From an uncultured SAR86 cluster bacterium (GTDB lineage Bacteria > Pseudomonadota > Gammaproteobacteria > Magnimaribacterales > AG-339-G14): DNA of 64,000 nt. This document shows positions 26,527 through 36,648 of this stretch, one piece after another (position 1 is the stretch's first letter; each line of letters begins with the position of its first letter). The position numbers and the translations under genes were made by a program. The stretch lies in contig CACMTR010000002.1 of the NCBI GenBank assembly GCA_902616715.1, positions 68,951 through 132,950 on the forward strand, in the 5' to 3' direction. Under the pieces are notes generated by a model. The model had not been told where the DNA came from. It saw only the letters and a list, made by a program, of their open reading frames with translations, and made no database searches.

Positions 26527-27600
26527 ATGAGTGAACAAATGAATGTAGATCACGAAAAGGTTATGGCGCTTTTTGGAAACGTCTTTAATGATGTTGCAGG
26601 CGCAGTTGCCATAATGATGTCTTATATTGGTGATCAGACTGGGGTATACCAAGCAATGGATAAGCTTGGCCCCGCAAAAGCTTCGGCTATTGCCAAAGAA
26701 GCTAAAGTAGATGAGCGCTATCTTCAAGAATGGCTAGCTTCAAATGCTGCGAGAGGTTACGTAACTTTTGATCCAGAAACCGAAGAATTCAGTTTAACTC
26801 CTGAGCAGGCATGTGTTTTTGCCCGTGAAAGCGAACCTACTTGTATTCAAGGTTTAATCCAAGGAGTTGTAGGACAATTCGCTAAAGAAGACGTCGCACT
26901 TGATGTATTTAAAACGGGTCGGGGTCGTCCATGGGGTGAACATCATGATTGTTGCTTTTGTGGAACTGAGAGATTTTTCAGACCAGCATATGCTGGACAT
27001 TTATTAGACGAATGGATTCCTGCGTTAGAAGGTGTTGAAGAAAAATTAAAAATGGGAGCAAAAATTGCTGATATTGGTTGCGGCCTTGGAACCTCTTCTA
27101 TATTGATGGCAGAACAATATCCTAATTCAACAATTCATGCGTTTGATTTTCATGGCCCATCGATAGAAGAAGCAAAAAAAAGAGCTGAAGAAAAAGGATT
27201 ATCAAACTTGGAGTTTTTTGTTTCCGATGCTGCGGCCATACCAAAAAATGATTACGACTTGGCATGTATTTTTGATGCTTGGCATGACATGGGTGATCCA
27301 GTAGGAATTGCTTCCAGCATCAAGAACACCCTAGCAAAGGACGGAACATTTATGGTGGTCGAACCTATGGCACTAGATGGGTTAGCGAATAATATTGCTA
27401 ATAATCCAGCTTCAGGAATGATGTATGGATTTGGAACATTAGTCTGTGTGCCAGCTTCGAAAGCACAACCTGTAGGTTTAGGTTTAGGACCTCAAGCGGG
27501 ACCAAATAAACTTATGGAACTTCTTGGCGAAGCAGGTTTTGGAAGGGTAGGTTTAGCTGCAAGTACGACCAATAACTTAGTTTTACAAGCTCGCGCTTGA
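26527..27600 (+). CDS. class I SAM-dependent methyltransferase with N-terminal wHTH
   Basis: DERYLQEWL N-terminal domain, ADIGCGLG motif I and FDAWHDMGDP. Confidence 0.9.
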   Translation: MSEQMNVDHEKVMALFGNVFNDVAGAVAIMMSYIGDQTGVYQAMDKLGPAKASAIAKEAKVDERYLQEWLASNAARGYVTFDPETEEFSLTPEQACVFARESEPTCIQGLIQGVVGQFAKEDVALDVFKTGRGRPWGEHHDCCFCGTERFFRPAYAGHLLDEWIPALEGVEEKLKMGAKIADIGCGLGTSSILMAEQYPNSTIHAFDFHGPSIEEAKKRAEEKGLSNLEFFVSDAAAIPKNDYDLACIFDAWHDMGDPVGIASSIKNTLAKDGTFMVVEPMALDGLANNIANNPASGMMYGFGTLVCVPASKAQPVGLGLGPQAGPNKLMELLGEAGFGRVGLAASTTNNLVLQARA

Positions 27601-27698
27601 AATTAAAAATAGTTTTGCATAACTAAATATCCTTTGTATCTAAGCCATCCGAAAAGTTTTTATTTCAGATGGTTTTAGATATACTCGTTTCACAATTT

Positions 27699-28310
27699 AT
27701 GACGTACTTTAAATATTTTTCGATTTTATTTTTCTTTAGTTTGGGAATTTTTTCCAATAATATCGATATGAGAGACGAAGCCATTGAAGCGAGAATAACG
27801 CCATTAGGCAATGCTTGCATGCAAGGCGATGATTGTGGAATTTCGACCTCAGGTCCTGGATATAAAGTTTCTCTAATTAAGACATCTTCCCCTTCAGAGC
27901 CCGCCGCTAGTGGATCTGAAAATGAGCACATTGTTAAAATGTTAAATGCCGGAGCCGATGGAGTCATGGTCTTTGAACCAGCGGCACTTAAAATCAAAAA
28001 AGGCGATACTGTCGTCTTTAAATCAGTTGATCCTGGTCATAATACAGTCTCAGCGCCAAACCTGATTCCTTCTGGTGCGACACCTTGGGAAAGTATTCAA
28101 GGTCAAGACTTTTCTATTACCTTTGATACCGAAGGTGTGTACGTTTACCAATGCACTCCGCATTTAGTAATGGCAATGATCGGCTTAATTCAAGTGGGCG
28201 AGGCGACGAATCTTTCGGAAATCAAGTCTAACTTAGGCCCTTTTCAAGGTTTAATAGCCTTAAATCAAGATAGATTAGATAAATACTTTTCGCAATTAGA
28301 GAGTTTATAA
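27699..28310 (+). CDS. pseudoazurin (type 1 blue copper protein) with a cytochrome c5-like N-terminal extension
   Basis: HIVKMLN...MVFEPA...GDTVVF...GHN...YQCTPHLVMAM supplies the His/Cys/His/Met ligands; N-terminal AIEARITPLGNACMQGDDC. Start is 27699 or 27669. Confidence 0.88.
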   Translation: MTYFKYFSILFFFSLGIFSNNIDMRDEAIEARITPLGNACMQGDDCGISTSGPGYKVSLIKTSSPSEPAASGSENEHIVKMLNAGADGVMVFEPAALKIKKGDTVVFKSVDPGHNTVSAPNLIPSGATPWESIQGQDFSITFDTEGVYVYQCTPHLVMAMIGLIQVGEATNLSEIKSNLGPFQGLIALNQDRLDKYFSQLESL

Positions 28311-29003
28311 TTCTATAAATTCAGATTCTAATTCCTTCCAACTTTTAAGTTCAGGTACCTTCAACCGATCCTTGTGTTCCCAATCTTTCTTTAACGCATT
28401 CATCCACATGGCTTGAAAGCCAGCGCTTAACGCACCTTCAACATCATTTACAGGATGATCACCGATATGACAAATTTCTTCTGGAGCTACTCCAGCTAAT
28501 TTAGCGGCTTCGTCAAAAATTTTCTTACCTGGCTTACTTTCATTCACCATCTCCGCATTTACATAAAAATCAAATAAGTGATCTATCTTTAAGGTTTTGA
28601 TGTCAGCATTACCGTTTGTAATAACACCTAAGATATATTTATTTTTTAAAGCCTCTAAAGTTTCAAGAACATCATCAAAGTAAACAACCTTATGTCTTTC
28701 ATCTAGAAAGATTTTGAAAGATTCTTTTGATAAAGATTTAGCTTCTTCAGAGGCAACTCTATTTTCAACTAGCAATTCGTAGATAACTTTTTGCCTCAAT
28801 TCGGAAAGACGGTTTGCAAGTCCAGGTTCTTGGCTTACTAACTCTTTCCATTTTTTTCTTTCTTCCGAAGAAAATAAAATTCCCTGCATCTGTGGATGTT
28901 TTTCAATCAAATAATCATTTGAGCTCTTATGAGCATGCATGATCACGTCAAAAAGTGGCCATAGAGTATCATCCAAATCAAAGGTTATAGCTTTTACTTT
29001 CAT
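28305..29003 (-). CDS. HAD-superfamily hydrolase (YigB-like)
   Basis: FDLDDTLW, ITNGN, KP and HIGDH...DV; located downstream of xerC. Confidence 0.92.
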   Translation of the reverse strand: MKVKAITFDLDDTLWPLFDVIMHAHKSSNDYLIEKHPQMQGILFSSEERKKWKELVSQEPGLANRLSELRQKVIYELLVENRVASEEAKSLSKESFKIFLDERHKVVYFDDVLETLEALKNKYILGVITNGNADIKTLKIDHLFDFYVNAEMVNESKPGKKIFDEAAKLAGVAPEEICHIGDHPVNDVEGALSAGFQAMWMNALKKDWEHKDRLKVPELKSWKELESEFIEL

Positions 29004-29007
29004 TTTT

Positions 29008-29892
29008 TTAATCTCCTTTAGCGTGAGGATGGCTATTATCGTATACCTTGGCCAAGTGTTGAAAATCTAATTTAGTGTAAATTTGAGTTGTCGATAAATT
29101 AGCGTGTCCAAGCAACTCTTGAACGGCGCGTAAATCTCCACTCGATTCCAATATGTGTGACGCAAAAGAGTGTCTCAACATATGAGGATTCACAAATGGC
29201 AAACCCATTTTAGAGCTCATCTTCTTCAGAATATTTTGTACTGATCTTGCGCTAATTCTGCTTCCTGACTTATTTATAAAAACAGCCTGTTCAGAGTTTT
29301 CTAATTTTTTTTCTCTATGGTCATACCAATCCTTTAAAGCTTTGATAGCAAGCGCACCTATAGGAACTTCTCTTTCTTTTTTTCCTTTTCCTAAAACTCT
29401 GCAGATTCTATTTTCTAAAGAAATGTCTGAGGTATTTAATTGGCACAATTCAGACAGTCTTAGGCCTGATGAGTATAAGAGTTCTGCAATGGCTTTGTCT
29501 CTGAAATCACCCCAGGAACTGGGTTTAAAATCTAAAAGTCTATTAACCATGTCAGTGTCCATTGCCTTAGGTAGAAGCGAATTAAGTTTGGGAGCATTTA
29601 TTCCAGAAGTTGGATTGTTGCTAGCATAACCTTCATTATTTAAAAATTTATAAAAACTTCTTAGCGATGAAAGTAGCCTAGCAAGGCTTCTTGGACTCAC
29701 ATCAGCTCTCCTGATGCCGCTGATAAAATCCCTAATGTCATGTTGACTAAGGTTGGACCAATTTTCAAAATCTTTTTGTTGTTTAAATTTTTCAAATTTT
29801 TTTAAATCTGCAGAATAATTTTTAACGGTATGCTCGGAATAGTTTCTTACTTGCTCTAAATAATTTAAGAAAAGTTTGATCTCTTTATTCAT
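29008..29892 (-). CDS. xerC: tyrosine recombinase XerC
   Basis: GLRLSE, GKGKKER, PHMLRHSFASH.LESSGDLRAVQELLGHA.LSTTQIYT.LDFQHL; located in the dapF operon. Confidence 0.95.
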   Translation of the reverse strand: MNKEIKLFLNYLEQVRNYSEHTVKNYSADLKKFEKFKQQKDFENWSNLSQHDIRDFISGIRRADVSPRSLARLLSSLRSFYKFLNNEGYASNNPTSGINAPKLNSLLPKAMDTDMVNRLLDFKPSSWGDFRDKAIAELLYSSGLRLSELCQLNTSDISLENRICRVLGKGKKEREVPIGALAIKALKDWYDHREKKLENSEQAVFINKSGSRISARSVQNILKKMSSKMGLPFVNPHMLRHSFASHILESSGDLRAVQELLGHANLSTTQIYTKLDFQHLAKVYDNSHPHAKGD

Positions 29893-30571
29893 CAGTTGAT
29901 GGCAGAATTTTGTCTATTTGATTACTAAAAACTGAGATTACGAATTCTAAAAAAAGCGTTTCACTATCTTTTGGAAACTTTCCTGTCTGGCTGCTGCCTA
30001 AGGCTAAAGTTCCTGCTAGTTTATTCGACTTTAATTTACAAATTGCACCTTCAACCACATTAGCTTTTGCTCCAAATATCAATGCTGAGTTCTCTTCAGT
30101 CAAGCCACCAAGAGCGATCTCATTTGCTTTGAAAAGTTCAGCAAAGACCGATGTTGCAATCTCAGGTGTAATTATTTTTTCAGAGCCTAAATTGAAAGAA
30201 TTTTCAGGTGCAAAAAAATAAATTTTACAAATTTCTGTTTTTAATTCTTCATGGAAAAAAGACTCAATCATATTAGCTAAATCATTAAGGTTCGTTTGTG
30301 AAATAATTTTTAAAACCAGTTTTTGTATTTTTAAAAAAAGGTTTTGATTGTGCTCAGCATTTTCAAGAAACTCGCTCAATTTATTACTAACAACAAGATT
30401 TTTTTCTTTGATGATTTCTACTTGTTTCTCAATCAACGAGGTTGCATCACCTGAGGCGTGTTTAATCTCTAAAATTTCTAATATGTCAGGGTGGTTAATA
30501 AAGAAATCTGGATTTGCTTCTAAATACTCTAGAACTTCTGAATCGGATATTTTTTTTTTGAAGATACTCAC
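29885..30571 (-). CDS. DUF484 (YigA) family protein
   Basis: V..YL..NPDFF, SLIEKQV and LALGS....F....TLFL; lies between dapF and xerC. Confidence 0.88.
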   Translation of the reverse strand: MSIFKKKISDSEVLEYLEANPDFFINHPDILEILEIKHASGDATSLIEKQVEIIKEKNLVVSNKLSEFLENAEHNQNLFLKIQKLVLKIISQTNLNDLANMIESFFHEELKTEICKIYFFAPENSFNLGSEKIITPEIATSVFAELFKANEIALGGLTEENSALIFGAKANVVEGAICKLKSNKLAGTLALGSSQTGKFPKDSETLFLEFVISVFSNQIDKILPSTDE

Positions 30572-31383
30572 GGATTTATTTTAATACCTTTTTCTATGTA
30601 TTTGGCTTCACCGATTAAGTTAAACCATTCTTCATCAAGGTTAACCTCAACTTTTAGCTTTCCTTTTTTGAAGTTTACTAAAACGGATGATTGCAAAAGA
30701 TTATTTTTTACGCCGCTTAGAACCGCCGCGCAGGCTCCACTTCCACAAGCCAAAGTCTCGCCAACTCCGCGTTCCACAACTCTTAAATTAATTTCTTTTT
30801 CGTTGAGAATCTTTACAAAGCCTACATTTACACCATTTTTATAGATATTACTTTCTTGCAAAGTTAAACCCATTTCAGGTATTTGATCGGATAAGCTGTC
30901 TTGAAAAATTACGGCATGTGGATTGCCCACGGAAACGGGATAAAATTTTATATCTGTGCCTTCAAAATTAAATTGTAATTCTTGACTGTCAGCAATAGCA
31001 CAACTTGATTTAGTGAATTTAAAACTACTCATTTTTACAGCAAATTCATTTTCCTGCAGTCGTGTAATCTGGGCAAGATTGTCTTCAATTTGCAAAATAA
31101 AAGTATTTGAAAATACTAAACTTTCATCAAAAGCATATAGTGCTAATGCGCGGATACCGTTCACACAATTTTCAGCCAGGCTTCCATCTACATTGTAAAT
31201 TTTAAGTTTTAGGTGAGCATGTTTCTGAGTCGGTGGTTCGAGAAATAATAATTGATCAAAAGAGAATTCTTCTGCACAGGTTTTTAAAAGTTTTAATTCT
31301 TCCTCGGAGTCAATTTTTTGTGAGATTGCATCAATTAAAATAAACTCGTTTCCCAGAGCTTCCATGGCCTGAACAACTACCAC
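30568..31383 (-). CDS. dapF: diaminopimelate epimerase
   Basis: LGNEF, YNVDGS.AENCVNG, VGNPH and ERGVGETLACGSGAC. Confidence 0.93.
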   Translation of the reverse strand: MVVVQAMEALGNEFILIDAISQKIDSEEELKLLKTCAEEFSFDQLLFLEPPTQKHAHLKLKIYNVDGSLAENCVNGIRALALYAFDESLVFSNTFILQIEDNLAQITRLQENEFAVKMSSFKFTKSSCAIADSQELQFNFEGTDIKFYPVSVGNPHAVIFQDSLSDQIPEMGLTLQESNIYKNGVNVGFVKILNEKEINLRVVERGVGETLACGSGACAAVLSGVKNNLLQSSVLVNFKKGKLKVEVNLDEEWFNLIGEAKYIEKGIKINP

Positions 31384-32604
31384 TCAAACTTCCTCTAGTC
31401 TTATTAAGTCTTCAAATGATTCTGCTTTTCTAATTACTTTAAATTTATCCTTAGAAACTAGAATTTCAGCTGGTTTTGGTCTCGAATTATAATTTGAGCC
31501 CATGCTTGAGCCGTATGCTCCAGTTGAATAAATGATGAGTTGATCTCCTGTTTTAGCATTTAATGAGTGGCCAACTCCAAAACTATCAGCAGTTTCGCAA
31601 ACTGGGCCAACTACCTCATATTCTTTCACTTCGACATCGTTGACTTGAACAGTTTCAATTGCGTGTCTTGCGCCATAAAGGGCCGGTCGCATCAAATCAT
31701 TCATGCCTACGTCGACCACTAGGAAATCTCTTTGACCATTTGTTTTTTCCGTAATGACGCTAGTTATTACTGCTCCTGATTGCGCAACGATTGAGCGCCC
31801 TGGCTCCATTAACAAATCGTATTCAGTGATCGATGATTTTAAGTCTTTGACCAATTGAGCAGGATCATATTGTTGCTCTAATTGATAATCTATTGCTAAG
31901 CCTCCACCAACGTCTAGGTGATCTATCTTATGACCCAAGTCCTTTAATTGTGCTGCTAACGCTTTTAGTTTTTCTGCTAACTCAATAAATAAATTTGCAT
32001 CGGTAATTTGGGAGCCAATATGTGCAGAAATTCCAACAAGATTAATTTCTTCAGCTGAGTAAGTTTTAGCTATCTCCAAGGCTTCCAATTCGGAGATACC
32101 AAATTTACAGTCTGATTTTCCTGTTTCAATATATGGGTGCGTGTTGGCAGCCATATCTGGATTAATTCTTAAGGAGATTCTTGGCTTGTTTGGTAAATCT
32201 TTCAATAACTCAATTTCATGATGAGACTCAATATTGATCGAATAAATTTCTTGCTCAGCAGCGTACGTTAAATCTGCCTTAGATTTCCCTACACCGGAAA
32301 ATACAATCTTATTTGCTGTAGCTCCTGCCTTAAGAGCTCTTTTTAATTCTCCAACTGACACTACATCAAAACCCATACCCATTTGAGCAAGAATTTTTAA
32401 TAGGTTGATATTGCTATTTGCTTTAACTGAGTAACAAATGAGGTCAGAATCACTAGCATTTTTAAGATAAGAAGTTGCAGCTGCTTCTATACTAGCCTGA
32501 GAATAAATATAGAAAGGGGTCTGAACTTCTTTACAAATTTCCGTTAGCGCAAGATCTTCAATGCACAAGCTTTCTGAATTATTAGAAAAGAAATCAGGAC
32601 GCAT
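31384..32604 (-). CDS. lysA: diaminopimelate decarboxylase
   Basis: YSVKAN (PLP lysine), HIGSQ, DVGGG, EPGR, GPVCETAD and GAYG. Confidence 0.96.
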   Translation of the reverse strand: MRPDFFSNNSESLCIEDLALTEICKEVQTPFYIYSQASIEAAATSYLKNASDSDLICYSVKANSNINLLKILAQMGMGFDVVSVGELKRALKAGATANKIVFSGVGKSKADLTYAAEQEIYSINIESHHEIELLKDLPNKPRISLRINPDMAANTHPYIETGKSDCKFGISELEALEIAKTYSAEEINLVGISAHIGSQITDANLFIELAEKLKALAAQLKDLGHKIDHLDVGGGLAIDYQLEQQYDPAQLVKDLKSSITEYDLLMEPGRSIVAQSGAVITSVITEKTNGQRDFLVVDVGMNDLMRPALYGARHAIETVQVNDVEVKEYEVVGPVCETADSFGVGHSLNAKTGDQLIIYSTGAYGSSMGSNYNSRPKPAEILVSKDKFKVIRKAESFEDLIRLEEV

Positions 32605-32707
32605 ATTCAGTTTCGTTATCGGTTGGCAAGGTCAAAGGTCCTTTGATACCACATGCAGTAAAATTTATGGCTAATAAACACATTAAGACTAAAAAAACCT
32701 TTTTCAT
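32594..32707 (-). CDS. lptM: small lipoprotein LptM (YifL/LppL family)
   Basis: Not in the ORF track. MKKVFLVLMCLLAINFTACGIKGPLTLP...; lipobox plus CGxKGPL motif, upstream of lysA as in other gammaproteobacteria. Confidence 0.88.
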   Translation of the reverse strand: MKKVFLVLMCLLAINFTACGIKGPLTLPTDNETEYAS

Positions 32708-32784
32708 TTCCTCATTATACTGCACTAATGTTAAAGAATTTTAGACAGAAAAAACTGAGATCGGTTTTCGAGTAAATAAAAAAA

Positions 32785-33879
32785 TTAATAATACACTTCT
32801 GATGCGTATTTTTTTTCGAAAGGAATTATCGCTTCAAAATCTCCAGTTTTAACTTTCTTCACCCATTCTGGATCGGAAAGTAAGGCTCTACCGATGGCAA
32901 CCATGTCAAACTCATCGCTTTCCATTCTTTCGATTAAGTCATCTATTGATTGCGATTCCACGGCGTCATCACCAGCATACATTCCAATGAAATCTGATTT
33001 CAAACCAACACTGCCCACAGTAATAGTCGGTAGACCCGATAATTTTTTTGTCCAGCCGGCTAGGTTGAGATTTGAGCCTTCGAATTCTGGCTCCCAATAT
33101 CTTCTGTTACTCGCGTGAAACATATCGATGCCAGCATCTACTAAAGGCATTAAAAAGGTCTTTAGGTCGTCTTCGGTGTAAGCCAGCTTGGCCTCAAAGT
33201 CTTGTTGCTTCCACTGAGAAAATCTTATGGCTATGGGGAAATCTGCGCCAACTTTAGCTCTAGCTCGTTTCACAATTTCACAAGCAAATGCAGTACGTTT
33301 ATCAATCGAACCTCCAAAGCCATCTGCTCTCTGATTAGTACCTTCCCAAAAGAAGTTATCAATCAAATAACCATGCGCTCCATGCAATTCCACTCCGTCA
33401 AAACCAAGATCTTTAATTTTTAAAATATCGCCGACAAAACATTCGATCAACATCTCTACGTCTTCAGCAGTCATTTCATGCGCTGCTTTCTTATCTGCAT
33501 TGACTAACCCCGATGGAGTATATCCAGGCACTTCTGGGTCTGGTGCCATGCCTGGTTTACGAAATGCGCCGACGTGCCAAAGCTGAGGAAAGATTTTCGA
33601 GCCCTCGCTGTGAACGGCGTCAACCACCTGCTTCCAACCTTCATCTGCTTTGTCTCTAAAACCTGGGACATCTGGATAACCGCTGGAAGAAGGATGACTT
33701 ACTTCAACTCCTTCTGTAATTATTAGACCAACTTCACCCGCTGCTCGACGTTGATAATAATCTCTTACATTTTCTCCTGGAACACCGTCTGGTGATCGGC
33801 TTCGTGTCATTGGTGCCATCGCAAAACGATTCGGGATAGTGAGTTTGTTGACTGTGATGGGTTTGAAGAATACGTCCAT
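32785..33879 (-). CDS. NADH:flavin oxidoreductase (Old Yellow Enzyme family)
   Basis: NRFAMAPMTR, PQLWHVG, DGVELHGAHGYL, RFSQWK and GRALL. Confidence 0.93.
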   Translation of the reverse strand: MDVFFKPITVNKLTIPNRFAMAPMTRSRSPDGVPGENVRDYYQRRAAGEVGLIITEGVEVSHPSSSGYPDVPGFRDKADEGWKQVVDAVHSEGSKIFPQLWHVGAFRKPGMAPDPEVPGYTPSGLVNADKKAAHEMTAEDVEMLIECFVGDILKIKDLGFDGVELHGAHGYLIDNFFWEGTNQRADGFGGSIDKRTAFACEIVKRARAKVGADFPIAIRFSQWKQQDFEAKLAYTEDDLKTFLMPLVDAGIDMFHASNRRYWEPEFEGSNLNLAGWTKKLSGLPTITVGSVGLKSDFIGMYAGDDAVESQSIDDLIERMESDEFDMVAIGRALLSDPEWVKKVKTGDFEAIIPFEKKYASEVYY

Positions 33880-33883
33880 AATT

Positions 33884-35269
33884 TTATATTTTTAAATCCA
33901 TTTTAGCTTTAATGATTTGTTTTTTCACCTGTGAAGGAGCTGTGCCACCTACACTCGTCTTAGCTGAAATTGATGTCATTGGATCTAAGTATTTATAGAC
34001 ATCTTTTTCAATTTTTTTAGATAGTTTTTTTAATTCCGTTAATGATAACTCTGCTAATAAGGCATCTTTTTTTTCAGCCAACTGTACTGCTTTTCCTGTT
34101 ATCGCATGGGCTTCTCTAAACGGTAAACCTTTAAGTACTAAATACTCAGCAAAATCAGTTGCACAAATATGACCATCAAAAACATCATTCAACATTTCGT
34201 CGATGTTAAATTTTGCTCCAGCCACCATGGCAGAAGTTATATCGATCGCACTTAAAACATAATCAATCGAAGCAAAGAGCGGGGCCTTATCTTCTTGATT
34301 GTCTCGGTTATAGGCCAGCGGTTGATTTTTTAATAAGCTCAAAAGTGAAACTAAGTTGCCAATAGTCTTGGCAGCTCCGCCGCGGACAAGTTCCGCCATG
34401 TCCGGATTTCTTTTCTGCGGCATGATTGAAGATCCGGTACAAAGTTCCTCTGGCAATTCCAAATAATTAAATTGTGATGAGGACCAAATAATAAATTCCT
34501 CTGAAATTCTGGACAAATGAATTGATGCGAGGCTGATGTTAAACATCATTTCCGCAATGAAATCCCTGTCACTCACTGCGTCGATTGAGTTTTGAGTCAC
34601 CTCTTTGAAACCAAGATTTTTGGCCATTTTTTTTCGATTGAGTTTGAATCGATTGCCCGCAAGCGCTCCAGAACCCAAAGGCAAAACGCTTAGGTTGTTA
34701 TCTGAGTTTTCAAAACGATTGAGATCTCTTTTGAACATTTCATAGTAAGCCATTAAATGGTGACCTAAAGAAATCGGCTGAGCTATCTGTAGATGAGTGA
34801 AACCAGGCATTAAAGTTTCAGTTTCAGGCTCAGCTTTTTGGACCAACGATTTAAGTAGCTCCTTAAGAGAGATTTTAATCTCCTCAGATTTTTTTAACAT
34901 GTACAGTTTTAAATCAGTGACAACTTGATCGTTTCTAGACCTTCCGGTGTGTAGTTTTTTTGCTACCTCTCCAATATTTTTTTCTAGAGCAGCTTCGATG
35001 TTCATGTGTACATCTTCTAAAGCCTTGTTCCAGTTAAATTTTTTTGAGTCAATTTGCTTTTGAATCTGGTTGAGTCCAATTTTTATTTTTTTAAATTCAG
35101 ATGGCTTTAAAACTTTTGCTTTTGCTAGAGCTTCAGCATAAGCAATTGAACCTGCAATATCCTCGCGGTAAAAAGTCTTATCGATTTCAATTGAATGCGA
35201 AAATTCTAAAGCATTTTTAGCTGTTTCTTGTTTGAATCGGCCGCCCCAACTACGATTTTTCTTTACCAT
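33884..35269 (-). CDS. argH: argininosuccinate lyase
   Basis: WGGRF, EDVHMNIE, HTGRSRNDQV, PGFTHLQ and TGSSIMPQKRNPD. Confidence 0.97.
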   Translation of the reverse strand: MVKKNRSWGGRFKQETAKNALEFSHSIEIDKTFYREDIAGSIAYAEALAKAKVLKPSEFKKIKIGLNQIQKQIDSKKFNWNKALEDVHMNIEAALEKNIGEVAKKLHTGRSRNDQVVTDLKLYMLKKSEEIKISLKELLKSLVQKAEPETETLMPGFTHLQIAQPISLGHHLMAYYEMFKRDLNRFENSDNNLSVLPLGSGALAGNRFKLNRKKMAKNLGFKEVTQNSIDAVSDRDFIAEMMFNISLASIHLSRISEEFIIWSSSQFNYLELPEELCTGSSIMPQKRNPDMAELVRGGAAKTIGNLVSLLSLLKNQPLAYNRDNQEDKAPLFASIDYVLSAIDITSAMVAGAKFNIDEMLNDVFDGHICATDFAEYLVLKGLPFREAHAITGKAVQLAEKKDALLAELSLTELKKLSKKIEKDVYKYLDPMTSISAKTSVGGTAPSQVKKQIIKAKMDLKI

Positions 35270-36645
35270 TAATACTTATAGGATTTTGGTTTATAGGGCC
35301 CCTCGACTTCTACATTTATATAATCGGCCTGATCTTTAGTCAATTTAGTAACAACGCCGCCAAAACCTTCTACCATGTATTGAGCAACTTCTTCATCCAA
35401 TTCCATTGGCAGAACTTCAACTGTTAGTAGTTCTTTCTTTTTCTCTTCGTCGTTAAGCGTTGCAAAAGCTTGTTTGTAAAGAAACATTTGAGCCAAGACT
35501 TGATTCGCAAACGAACCATCCATGATCCGAGACGGATGACCTGTAGCATTACCCAGATTGACTAAACGTCCTTCAGCTAACAAAACAATATAATTATGAG
35601 GATCGGTTTTAGTTTTTGAGACTTTGTGCACTTGTGGTTTGATTTCTTCCCAATGCCAATTGTCGCGCAGGTGTTGAGTATCAATTTCGTTATCGAAGTG
35701 ACCTATATTACACACCATCGTTCCTGACTTAAGATTTTCTAAAATAAATCGATCACAGACATTCACATTGCCTGTTGCAGTAACTATGACATCAGTATCT
35801 GCAAGAAGATTTTTGTTAATACATTCATCTTTATTGGTGTTAACTCCATCTATATAAGGAGAGACTACTTCATATCCGTCCATGCAAGCTTGCATTGCAC
35901 AGATAGGGTCCACTTCTGAGATTCTTACAACCATGCCTTCTTGTCTTAAACTCATTGCAGAGCCTTTGCCAACGTCTCCGTAACCAAAGACTAACGCTTT
36001 TCTTCCAGCCAGGAGCATATCTGTTCCTCGTTTTATGGCGTCATTGAGACTATGACGGCAGCCGTACTTATTGTCATTTTTTGATTTTGTAACTGAGTCG
36101 TTAACGTTAATTGCTGGAACTTTCAATTCTCCTTTTTCTAACATTTCCCAAAGTCGATGGACTCCGGTGGTGGTTTCTTCAGAAATTCCATGAATGTTAT
36201 TGAGCATGTCGGGATACTTTTCGTGAACCATTGCTGTCAGATCACCTCCATCATCTAGAATCATATTCGCGTCCCAGGGAGCACCGTCTTTCAGAATTGT
36301 TTGCTCAATACACCAATCGAATTCTTCCTCGTTCATTCCTTTCCAGGCAAAGACAGGAATTTCAGCGGCCGCCATAGCAGCTGCAGCATGATCTTGAGTC
36401 GAAAAAATATTGCAAGAGGACCATCGGACTAAAGCTCCTAATTTAACGAGCGTTTCAATCAACACTGCCGTTTGAATAGTCATATGTATGCAGCCCATTA
36501 TCTTGGCGCCTGCTAAAGGCTTGCTGTCACCGTATTTTTCTCTCAGCTTCATTAACGCTGGCATTTCTGCTTCAGCTAACGCAATTTCTTTTCTTCCGAA
36601 ATCAGCTAAGCTAATATCTGCTACTTTGTAATCTTCAAATTTCAT
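35269..36645 (-). CDS. ahcY: adenosylhomocysteinase
   Basis: [35 protein letters not shown] and [14 protein letters not shown]. Confidence 0.98.
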   Translation of the reverse strand: MKFEDYKVADISLADFGRKEIALAEAEMPALMKLREKYGDSKPLAGAKIMGCIHMTIQTAVLIETLVKLGALVRWSSCNIFSTQDHAAAAMAAAEIPVFAWKGMNEEEFDWCIEQTILKDGAPWDANMILDDGGDLTAMVHEKYPDMLNNIHGISEETTTGVHRLWEMLEKGELKVPAINVNDSVTKSKNDNKYGCRHSLNDAIKRGTDMLLAGRKALVFGYGDVGKGSAMSLRQEGMVVRISEVDPICAMQACMDGYEVVSPYIDGVNTNKDECINKNLLADTDVIVTATGNVNVCDRFILENLKSGTMVCNIGHFDNEIDTQHLRDNWHWEEIKPQVHKVSKTKTDPHNYIVLLAEGRLVNLGNATGHPSRIMDGSFANQVLAQMFLYKQAFATLNDEEKKKELLTVEVLPMELDEEVAQYMVEGFGGVVTKLTKDQADYINVEVEGPYKPKSYKY

Positions 36646-36648
36646 TTT

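Noticed and set aside
29008-29892. Tyrosine recombinase as a phage or island integrase
   Set aside because: XerC-specific C-terminus and canonical dapF-DUF484-xerC-HAD context; no att sites or cargo genes.
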